Shown piece by piece: positions 53,281 to 64,000 of a DNA stretch of 64,000 nucleotides; position 1 is the first letter of the stretch; every line of letters begins with the position of its first letter. The position numbers and the translations under genes are program-made. The DNA is from Eledone cirrhosa. Lineage: Eukaryota. The stretch is taken from positions 369,210,001-369,274,000 of the forward strand of contig OZ024740.1 in the NCBI GenBank assembly GCA_964016885.1. The letters run 5' to 3'. Under the pieces are notes generated by a model that was not told the DNA's origin, ran no database searches, and saw nothing but the letters and a program-made list of their open reading frames with translations.

Positions 53281-54072
53281 GCCCTCAAGCGGAGTGGTTT
53301 CCGGGAGGAAATATCCTACTGTCCAGCTCCCATTAGCGGAACCAGCAGGAGACACCGCCGCTCACGCAATGTAACATGGTTCAATCCTCCCCACAACGCA
53401 GAGGTGACTACTCCCATCGGGAAACTATTCTTTAGGCTCATTGAAAAACACTTCCCATTACAACACCGCTACCACAACATAATTAACAAAAATACCATCA
53501 AACTCTCTTACAGCACTACACCAAACTTCGCACAAAACATCGTCTCCTCTAACAACAAAAAACTCAACCCCGATGGCAGAAATAACCTAAAGAGCAGTGG
53601 AGAACCGACCAGGAGGTGTAACTGCCCGGATAGATCTATTTGCCCACTCGACAATAAATGCAGAGACCGTAATGTGATCTACCAGTGCAACGTGAGGACG
53701 GATACCTCCAACAAAGCCTATATAGGACTTACCGCATGTGACTTCAAGACCCGGCTATACCAACATAGACATACCTTCCGAAACCCGGCCCGGCGTGACG
53801 CCACTACACTTTCGGGCCACATATGGGACCTCAAGGACAACAACATCACCTATGATCTCACTTGGAGATTACTGTCCAGAGCCAATTCTTACACGGGAGG
53901 ACGCCGTCCGTGCAATTTATGCTCGGAGGAAACTTTACAAATGCTGTTTTCGACGGACCAACTCCTAAACAAGATAGATGAACTGGTTACTGCATGTAAA
54001 CATAGATTGCGTAGGACTTACCTCGCCCTCAAACCCCATAATGACCCGGGGGGGGGTAGACTAGGGCTATAA
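53281..54072 (+). pseudogene. 5'-truncated PLE ORF (linker plus GIY-YIG)
   Basis: Matches the C-terminal ~260 aa of the 29366 ORF. A longer G-run near the end shifts the stop. Confidence 0.9.
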
Positions 54073-55169
54073 CACCCCACTTGCCGATTTTGCAATGGGT
54101 AACCCCTGCTTGCCAAGGAAGACGTAAGATCTTCTTTGTATTCTTTTATCGCTTCCTTTATTTCCCTCCCCCTCTCTCCTTTGTCCTTCTACCCCAGCTC
54201 TTCTCCTTTGTCGGCGTCTTTTCTCGCCCACCCGAGGCTGCCCTTTGGCCCCATGTAGCCTTAGTACCCCCACCCACCCCTCCCCTAGTCTATGATAGAT
54301 TTGGCGGACTCCGCCCTTTATAGCAGTTGGCTTAGACCCCGGATACTTGCCCCCTTTTTCCGACCGCTCCCACTATTCTCTGTGCCCTCTATATTTCTTA
54401 GTGGCACTTATGCCTTATTTTTTCGTTTCAGTATTTCTTGCTTCGCTTTTCTTCTGGGCGGGGTGGATCCTGAATTTATTTCTCCGTATTCTACCTTTAT
54501 TTCGTACGAACTTTCATGTAGCTTGTTTTAGATCTTTTAGAGTTAGCATTAGTATATATTTTTCTCGGGACTCAGAATTATTATCTCGTACAAGTTCACT
54601 TTGCTGCACTGGGTCGTTGCTGGCCCGGGATGGAAACCTTTATTGTTTATTTTGTGGTAGTCTCTTTAGTATTTTGGCCCCTTTTGTTGACCCGTCACCG
54701 TATCATTTACGTACTTATACCTCTTAAAAGGGTCCTTGCCTATACCGTCCCACCTAGTTCTTTTACTTATTTCGTTATTTATTTATTTATTTATTTATTT
54801 ACTTCTTTCTTTCTTTCTTTATTTTATTCTAGCCTAACAATAGCCTGACACCTAGGTCGTAGAATTTAATTTACTTTACTTTTTTCTTTACACTTATTTG
54901 CTTTTCTTCACTATCAGTATTTTTTCTTTCCTATATATTTCTACCCCCATTGTTCTACCTACCGTTCCGACTTCCTCCCCCTCCCCCTCCCCCGTATCTT
55001 CTTTGACCTCATGCCCAGCTGTAGCTGGCACTACCAACGCTTGATTGGGTCTACTCCACCCCCTCCCCTCTTTCTCCTACTGGCAGGTTTAGCCACCATC
55101 TCCCTTACTAATTTGCAACCACAGAATTACTACTGATTTTTGACAATCACTTTGACCATATATGGAATT

Positions 55170-55263
55170 ACCCCTTGAGAAGATCGGCTATTTAAATACC
55201 AGGATAAATTTTCATTTAGTCCAGAATTAGCCGTCGAAACGGCTTGAGCTCAGCTGTCGGGGT
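55170..55263 (+). ncRNA. Type-I hammerhead ribozyme, U3-A8 variant (family A)
   Basis: Same motif on the plus strand. Confidence 0.8.
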
Positions 55264-55379
55264 CTTACTGGTTCCTATTACACACTCTACTACCTCAAGT
55301 ATTGAGTACTTTGGTGCGTTATGGTCCACCTGGTTCCTTACCACATTTCCTTCGTTATATATATATATATATATATATA

Positions 55380-55610
55380 TGAAAAGTGTAAGTTTCTACA
55401 CAAAACGAAGGTTATAGAGAAAATTGAGGTTGGTAATGGCACATGGAATATATAAGAGACAGAATACTTTTTTGTGAAAAAAACATAATTTTATAAGGTA
55501 AGGTAAGAATAAACCCTTTATTCTTTCCTTACCTTATAAAATTATATGTTTTTTCACAAAAAAGTATTCTGTCTCTCATATATTCCATGTGCCATTACCA
55601 ACCTCAATTT

Positions 55611-55615
<5 letters not shown>
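55380..55615. repeat. Foldback repeat between (TA)n tracts; same family as window positions 1-80
   Basis: 55416-55512 is the reverse complement of 55516-55614. 55380-55459 is the reverse complement of 1-80. Confidence 0.85.
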
Positions 55616-55654
<39 letters not shown>

Positions 55655-55719
55655 CATACATACATACTTACATACATACATACATCCATACGTACATACA
55701 TAATGATTTCTTCATTTTC

Positions 55720-56862
55720 TCAGATGATAGACGTCTCAATTTCATCTCAATTCCTCCAGTAAATTTGCAACTTCACTTGTGTAGAGATGCGAATGTACAA
55801 GGTCTCTGGCAAAAGTAACTGACGAATATTTTTGTTTGTACTGGCCTTGTTGTATTAGGATGTGGAAGTTTAAGCTGATTAACAGTCATATTGCGTTTTA
55901 ACCATGAGGTTGTCTTACATATCTTGCCACAAATTTGACAAGTTGTAACATCTGGAGATGCAGGGAGATTTGTAACAAAATGTGGTTGTCATTATCTATT
56001 TACTGGTGTATATATGGTATAATAACCAGGGTTTGAAGACGACACGGTGACAGAAATTAAAATTATAGCATTCATTATTTCCAATCCCAAATCAATTCAC
56101 CTTTTCCTAGTGCCAATTTTAGCTCTGCTTTAGCACTTTTCATTTTATTCAATAAATGATACACTTTTATAATTTTCCTTCTCCTTGTATTACGAACAAT
56201 AGCTTTCTTTTCACATTGATTTGTATATAACCCAGCCATTTTACACTTTCCTTAATACAATCTTTGTAGCTTTTCTTAGGTTTATGCTGTTGTCAGTTTC
56301 CTTGCTCAAGCTCATCAAAAAGATTTCCATTGGAGGCTTTGCGGCATTAGTGCAAGCATGATGCGATACCCTGACCATTTGACTCTTAATAACAAATAAA
56401 ACGGATTCTAGAACACTCCGATCTTTATAAAACTCTTGTATAAGGTTTCACACTTCTCCATTTAGATATCTAGGATATAGCGGAGATCTTAAAATGTTCA
56501 AGTAGTCGAGACTTCATGCACATACAACTACGCTGTAGGCAAACATGTCTCATACACAATTATTTTTTTCATCAATATTATGGTTATGTCTAACCACACC
56601 CTTTTCAATACTCTTCCAAAAGCAGTGTTTGGCTTTCCAAATACAAAGAAAACATACACCCCTACCAACCCAGTCCCATTCACATATATATTTGGCACAA
56701 AATAAGATGTTAGTGATGATGGAGAGTACATCATATTGGCCTTATTCAAACTTACAGTGAGCTCTAAAACAGCATATGTTTCTGAAAATTCATTCATCCT
56801 TTACCGATTTTCTTCTTCCGAGTGTGCAACACAGTCCGCATCGCCACTATACAAACATTCTC
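55720..56862 (-). mobile_element. Decayed RTE-clade LINE 3' portion with C-terminal C2H2-like fingers
   Basis: ECLYSGDADCVAHSEE (YADD relic), LTVSLNKANMMY, AFGRVLKRVW, ELEQGN...KPKKSYKDCIK, TCQICGKICKTTSWLKR. Confidence 0.72.
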
Positions 56863-57408
56863 TAATTAACACATTAAATATCAATGTGTGTGTGTGTGTG
56901 TGCGTGTGTGTATGCGCGTGGGCGCGTGCGCGTGTGTATCAAATGGGTTTCCAGAGAATTTCCTTCTTTGAAATATCATTCCCGAGGTGTTGAACTGCCC
57001 ATGGCTTTAGCAGAGGCTCTTTCTCAATATGCCATGACTTGCGGAGTAGACTTCTTGACTACATACCTATGCTTGCAACTATAATGTTAATTTTATTTCA
57101 AATTTCATGGAACATACACATTCGTAACATATTTTCTGCAAATACATTTTAACTCCCCCTTCTCTCTCTCACTCGCTTTTTTATCTCTATCTGTATCTAT
57201 CTATCTATATATATATATATCTCACTCTCGCTCTATGTATCTCTTTCTCTGTATTTCTCTCTCTCTTTCTCTTACTACTCTCTCTCATTCCCAGAGACGC
57301 ACACACTATACCCGCATCTTTACCATCCCTTCATATGAAGCTTTGTGCCTCTTCCTCTCTCTCTCCCTGTCACACACACACACAAACACAATCACACATA
57401 CACACACA

Positions 57409-57466
<58 letters not shown>

Positions 57467-57661
57467 CTATCCCCTATCCAGAAATACATATCACATATCT
57501 CTCTATGTTTCTGTCTTACACACACATACACACATGTTATTACATACACAAACACACCCTGTCTCTTTATCTATGTCTTTAACTACATATGTATCTGCCA
57601 CTCATTCACACACAAACACACATATACACTAACCACATTCCATAAAACAAAACAAAAACAA

Positions 57662-57990
57662 GTGATTTGAAGGGAAGGGGGAAGTCGATTAAATCGACGC
57701 TATTGCATTACTGGTACTTTATTTATCGACTCGGTAAGGATGCCAGGAGAAGCTAACCTCGACGGGATTTGAACTCCGAACATATAGGGACACCACTCTG
57801 TGCTGGGAAGCATGATGTCCGACGGTCTACCGTTACTGCCAAGTGATTTAAAATAATTGTTTCTACATTTGGCACAAGGCCAGCAATTATCCCAGTGCAT
57901 GACTGGTACTTTATTTTATCGACCTCGTAAGGATGAAAGGCTAAGTTAACCTCAGCGGGATTTGAAATTAGTCCGTAAAGGGACGTAACA
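57662..57990 (-). mobile_element. Two adjacent SINE copies
   Basis: Two SINE cores at ~57710-57780 and ~57900-57970. Confidence 0.8.
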
Positions 57991-58713
57991 AGTGATTTAA
58001 AATAATGCAAATTTGCTGCTACCACTAACACTATCACCGCACTCCTATCACCACTATGTCTTACTTTCTCGCACAAACATTCTTACGTTCCACTTTTTTT
58101 AGCGTAATAGACTTTGTACGCAAGAGATACTAAAAGTCAAAAGTATTTCTCCAAGCTAGTAGGCTAATTAAGCCGTTCCTTTTGTCAGTTTTCTTGGCAT
58201 TAAGCCACGGATAGTACATGGCGCATCCCTGGACAGCACACCATTCCATCGCAAGTTGAAACCTGCAAGTACTGCAGGTACTATAATGGAGCAACATGAA
58301 AATGCAAGTACTGCATTTCCAGGTGGCTATAATGGAGTAACGTGAAATGAAGTGTTTTACACGAAGTGACAAAACAATTCCTCGTCCTAGACATTACGAA
58401 CGTAAGTCCAATGACCTCACCTCAAGGCCACATGTACACCAACATTAATATAAAAATATTTTCATTTTTGTCCTATACATCATGTTTTATTTTCTTTATC
58501 GATTATTTTTTATTATGTTTTCGTCTCAAATTATTATATCATTTACGCTACTATCTATGTTGCGAATCAATGTTTCTCTTATCCATACACATGAAATCTG
58601 TACAAGGCGATTGTCAATGCTTATTTTCATTTAGTACACACAATCAGTACAAGGAAGGTGAACGAAGCAACTAAGAGTTCCATCACAGAAGTCCTAAAAT
58701 TAACATTATATTA

Positions 58714-58793
<80 letters not shown>

Positions 58794-60162
58794 CGTCCAG
58801 TAGATAGTATTGGGAATTGGAAAAACCAATGGAAACGTTGATTCCTCGGGCCGATTTTATGTGGTATGGGATTTGAAGAGATCTCGGATCTTTTCAATCG
58901 ACTGTCGATATATATATACACATATATACATACAGTTAGCTCAAATGTATGTCTCCACCCCTGTTATTATGGAGCAAGTTCTGTGGAGTACATTATTGAA
59001 ATAATATCGAAGGCCTATATTTATCTACCTTTGTACCGATCTAATTTCCTATTATAATTTACTTTCGACTTCATTGGTTGACTGCTTTGTTGGGCGAGGA
59101 AAGTGTTTCTGATTTTAGATTTTCCGCCAATTTCACCCTAGCAGCTTTCCCCTGTCCTAGTGATATAGCATTCATTGTAGCTACTCAAGTAAAATACAAA
59201 GGAATGAAATGCGTGAGCTTTGCCTCACTGTGTAGACGACATTGATTTTTTGTTTTCTTGGATTATCGCGCTGGAGAGATCATTATAACATAATTGATAC
59301 TTAAAAGTTTCTAATAATTCTATTCGAAACAGTATGATCTAGGCGTTTGAAATCTAAGTCTTTCAACGTTTTCTTTGTTAAATAGTTAATTTTCTGAGAA
59401 TTCTTTGATTTATTATCCGCCTCATGGGAATTGCTCCTCCATGACTGTATCGTTTTGTGTTAGTACTGACACAATTCTTTCCACATTGAGAAAGTAATAT
59501 GGATGACATGATCGAAATAATAGTGAAAGCTTCAATGCATCAAGCATGGTATCGATCTAAAATCTTCTTTTATATATATATAAGGCGTATATTTCATAGA
59601 AGATCAGTTTGAGATCTTTATCTATACGACCGACTTCAATCGAATCTTCAGAAATGATGAGCAGATCGATACCAGCGTCAAATTAATCGTATATGACTAC
59701 GAGCTGACAATCTGCGAAACACAGGCTGTGGATTGGGTGAGAATACGTTGTCTTTCACTTAATGCTGCTTTGCCGACAATTTGAAACCTATTGATGTCCT
59801 GGAGAGAGCACAATTTCAACTGGAATAATCCAGTCGACCTAACTGCATTCATTCCTCATCCTGGCCACCATCTAAAATATAACACAAAACAAAAAGAAAA
59901 ACAACATAATGCATATAATTTCAAAAGCAGAAAATAACTATGAATAACAGAAGATTGGTATGAATAATAGGTTAGAAAATCGGGTAAAATACCCCTATAC
60001 AGATAAGATAAGGCAATTAAAAAAATTGTCATTTAGTTACGATACTATGAACATATTCTGTATACTATTATTTTTGTTTTTAGATTTTAGATTACAGGAA
60101 ACTATTCTGTTTGTACTATGTTTAATATATGTATATGTGTTAGTGTTAGCGCACGCACGCGT

Positions 60163-60232
<70 letters not shown>

Positions 60233-60281
60233 GTATGTGTGTATGTATGTGTGCGTGAGTGTGTGTTTGTGTGTGTATGTA

Positions 60282-60323
<42 letters not shown>

Positions 60324-60389
60324 GAAGAGAGAAGAAACATTTAGATATAATTAGTAATAAAATGTATCATACCTAAACTGCTCCTAGAT

Positions 60390-60479
60390 TCCTCGACTAC
60401 GTAGTTTCGTGGCATAAATAAAAACAATACATCATAAAGATATAGAGTCCTTGCGAGGTCTGCCGACTTATCAAGAGGA
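60390..60479 (-). ncRNA. Type-I hammerhead ribozyme, U3-A8 variant with palindromic helix III
   Basis: Minus strand reads tcctc / UUGAUAA / gt(c)ggca...tgccac / GAAA / cuacguag / UC / gagga. Confidence 0.78.
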
Positions 60480-61171
60480 TACCTCATTTTACTAGTCTCA
60501 AGAACGCGTCTACACGACGTGAGAAAGAATCCCAAAAGGCGGAGGGGGAGATAGTCACGCGATATAACGGTCGAGAAACAGAGCTAAGCCTCTTATAACC
60601 CCGAAGAAAATACCACGGAGGCGGAGGGGGCATGTATATCGAAGCGGTAGAAGAGGTGGTGAAGGGGGCGAGAAGTATGAGTAATGGAAGCTTTCCAGCA
60701 GTCACCACACTTCAAAGATTACTCGACCAGAGGGAGTTATTAACAATATATTTAGAAACACACAGATACATGCGGACCGGATTGGTCTGTCCCAGTCATT
60801 CATTGAGCAACATCGGTGAGGTTGGCACCCTTAACTCACGGTTGGGTGTGGATGCATTCATGTATATGTGTGTGTCCGCATGTATCTGTGTGTTTCTAAA
60901 TATATTGTTAATAACTCCCTCTGGTCGAGTAATCTTTGAAGCGTGGTGACTGCTGGAAAGCTGCCATTACCCATACTTCTCGGCTCCTTCACCACCTCTT
61001 CTACGGCTTCGATATAAATGCCCCCTCCGCCTCCGTGTTATTTTCTTCGGGGTTATAAGAGGCTTAGCTCTGTTTCTCGACCGTTATATCGCGTGACTAT
61101 CTCCCCCTCCGCCTTTTGGGATTATTTCTCACGTTGTGTAGACGCGTTCTTGAGGCTAGTAAAATGAGGTA

Positions 61172-61261
61172 TCCTCGTGATAAGTCGGCAGACCTCGCAA
61201 GGACTCTATATCTTTACGATGTATTGTTTTTGTTTATGCCACGAAACTACGTAGTCGAGGA
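61172..61261 (+). ncRNA. Hammerhead copy of the same family with a position-3 mutation (GUGAUAA)
   Basis: tcctc gtgataa gtcggca...tgccac gaaactacgtagtc gagga. Confidence 0.65.
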
Positions 61262-64000
61262 ATCTAGGAGCAGTTTAGGTATGATACATTTTATTACTAA
61301 TTATATCTAAATGTTTCTTCTCTCTTCATAATGTATTTTTAACTCTGATACTGGTTCAGTCTAGTTCAACCGGATTGGTCTGTCCCAGTCATTCATTGAG
61401 CAACATCGGTGAGGTTGGCACCCTTAAATCACGGTTGGGTGTGGATGCATTCACGTATATGTGTGTGTCCGCATGTATCTGTGTGTTTCTAAATATATTA
61501 TATATATATATATAAAAGTGTAAAGGAAGTGCTCAGGTGCAGAAATGCTACAAAGATAACTTATAAAATAAGTTGAAGACCCTTAAAAGGCAGAAAAAGA
61601 ATTTGCCAATGACGGCTAAAGGGTATCTGGAAGATATGGGTTCATTTTCTCATAGTAGTCGTTAGCAAATTTTTTTCTGTCTTTTAAGGGTCTTCACCCT
61701 ATTTTATAAACCATCTTTATAGCATTTCTGCGCCTCAGCACTTTCTTTATACTTATATATAAATATATATTCTCAAAGCTTCAAAAGCCGGAAATTCGGC
61801 TTCTTACATATATGTATATGCGCATCAACACTTTCCTAAAATTCAATCATTTACGAGCCCAGATGTATATATTTTATTATATGATAAAAATGCAGAAAAA
61901 TGTTTGTGGCCGCTTTGCAAACAGATTTCAAATTCTTTGTTTTCAACTAAGATAAATAGCTGTCTAAATGTATTAGTATGCGTATAAATTGAAGTGATTT
62001 TATTTAACACTGAAAACAAATACGTTAGGGTTTTTATTCAATGCTGGAACGGTGTATTACAAATCCATATGGATGCAAATAAATAAACGCTGAATATTTG
62101 TAGGTGTGTGTATATATATATATGTATGAATATTGATGTGTATGTGAGCAATATAAACAAATTGCTTTTCTATACAATTACAGACATGCCAACCACTAAA
62201 ACCCAACGGGGATTGCCATGAAAACAGTACACCAAAACGGAGAGCAATGTGGCAAAATGTGGAGATTTCACATAATGAAAGATATACCCATTTCACAAGA
62301 GAATGCATCGTTCATCCACTCTAAATTGTGTGGGAGATCTCCCCATCTGACGAGGAGAGTTGACATGTCTGCTGTTATGTTTTATAGCGATGACTTTGAA
62401 ATTAATATTCCCAAGGTTCTGCTTATATGGATGATATCCAATTAGTAGCGACCACAGGGACAAAATTAGAAACATTTATACGTAGCTTGCATGGTGTATT
62501 CAGCGCAATACTATTTCCATATCATAGCCAGGAAATATTTCATTAGATAGACAATACATGAGTAAATCTACGATCTCCGCTGTGTTACTGTAGTAACATC
62601 TATATTTTGGTGTCGTGAGCACTTAAAAATGATAAAACAGAAGTATAAATAATTAGAAAGATAAAACACAAATCTATAGGGACAAATACTGTTCGAACAT
62701 GTGGACCCGAACTTAAGCAGCCTTCGGGCAAATTCGTATTAGCTGTTCGGCCAGATATATTCGCCTTTGATTGATGACAAATAATTTTGATGAAGACTTC
62801 TCTGCTATTATCTGTCTAGCTGTAGCTAATTAAATGAAGAAGCGTAATAAATCTATAAAAAAAAATGATTTACACAATACTTCTAGTTGTTTCTTCAAAC
62901 GCCATAAATGCCATCGAGACAAAGCTGAAATAAATTCTGGACGAATCTTAGCACAAATTTATGCCAAACAACTGCTGCTAATGCTGATTAATCCTAGAGA
63001 CTCATTACGTGATTGAAATTTTCTTCGTCGAAACTATATGTCTGTTATCTCGCATGAATGGAAACATTTCATACCAATTTCATCAGATTGTAGCGTACGT
63101 GTGATTTAAATGCGCATATACACAACCATAGATTTACACATATATACACTCAATTGATAAGTGCATCATCTTAATTATTTGCGTTTTGTGAGTTACCGAT
63201 ATGTACCAGCTTTTAGTTTTCCACTTTCGTACATGCAAAAAACTTAACATTGTATTCACCCGGCATCAGCCATATATTTGTTATTCAAACATACAGATGC
63301 CTTAAAATTCCTTTATTTAAAAAAGTGCAATAAATTGTTTTACATCAATTTTTGTACATTTATATTTTAAAATCTTCAAATACAGGACGGGGAATGTATA
63401 TATAAAAGAAATCTAATGCTTTTAATCAAATGCCTTGCCTCAGCGTAGATTCAATCTTACTGATTCTTTTTTATTGTATTGTTATAAAAATAAAAGGAAG
63501 CAAGTGGCAGGTTGTGTAGAAGGATTTCCTAATGCTCTCTTGATCATTGACTCTAACGCATCTCATGTTGTGGAATTGAATCTCGCTGAATTTGAACTTA
63601 TCTTTATTATTGAAAAAAAAGATTGTTTTCACTAAATATATATTCATCCCTGTGTATCTGGGTTATTTTTTTTTTTCAAATATACTAAAAGCCAGTTAAA
63701 ACAGGGCCATAATCGAAAATATATTTCTAAATGTTCCGTATATATGTATGCCTCTTCATCTTTCTCACAATGCATTTTTCTTTGCCTACTCGTCATCACA
63801 TTATTACACCGTCCTAAAAACAAACTTTCTTTATATGTAGCCCTCAAATTCTATATTATGTGCACATAATTTAATTCTAAGTCATCAACAGAATTAAATA
63901 AGGTATTGTACTATTCATATGGAGGATGTATTTCTACCACGGCTGATTATATATCGGATTACTTAAAACACTCTCGACAAAATACTATTTCTAACATAAA

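Larger units (their letters stand above)
52278..55357 (+). mobile_element. Second family-A Naiad PLE insertion, 5'-truncated: minus arm 52278-53281 plus plus arm 53280-55357, both ends in (TA)n
   Basis: Near-identical to 30.7-32.75 kb. Arms are joined with a GG overlap at 53280-53281. Confidence 0.92.
60320..61498. mobile_element. Non-coding HHR-bearing retrozyme-like element: minus arm 60320-60776 plus 1.2-unit plus arm 60776-61498 (unit 593 bp), in (TA)n
   Basis: accggattggtctgtccc is repeated at 60776 and 61369. The arms are reverse complements. No meaningful ORF. Confidence 0.75.

Noticed and set aside
58950-59870. Possible decayed LINE RT fragment on the minus strand (GQGKAARV...ENLKSE)
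   Set aside because: Only one weak motif; cannot be supported without a search.

Overview
AT-rich, microsatellite-saturated eukaryotic DNA. The SINE and repeat landscape resembles a coleoid cephalopod (octopus-like); this is inferred, not proven. No host protein-coding gene is recognisable. Identified elements: a full-length but decayed Tx1/L1-clade LINE with a 20-bp TSD (10.5-16.3 kb), three families of Naiad-type Penelope-like elements (PLEs; one intact 715-aa RT/GIY-YIG ORF at 29.4-31.5 kb), a mariner foldback, RTE and Tx1 relics, many tRNA-derived SINEs, a MITE and a possible Helitron. The most notable layer is non-coding. About 20 type-I hammerhead ribozyme (HHR) motifs from several unrelated repeat families can be read by eye. 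At least two families carry the compensatory U3-A8 core instead of C3-G8, and one is a ~590-nt ORF-less retrozyme-like unit. Most of these HHR/PLE insertions sit in (TA)n and share one architecture: two arms joined 5'-to-5', with both 3' ends facing outward into the microsatellite through short TAT microhomologies downstream of the ribozyme cut site. This suggests two-ended priming on circular or uncleaved RNA templates. Structures were folded by eye and coordinates of degenerate repeats are approximate.
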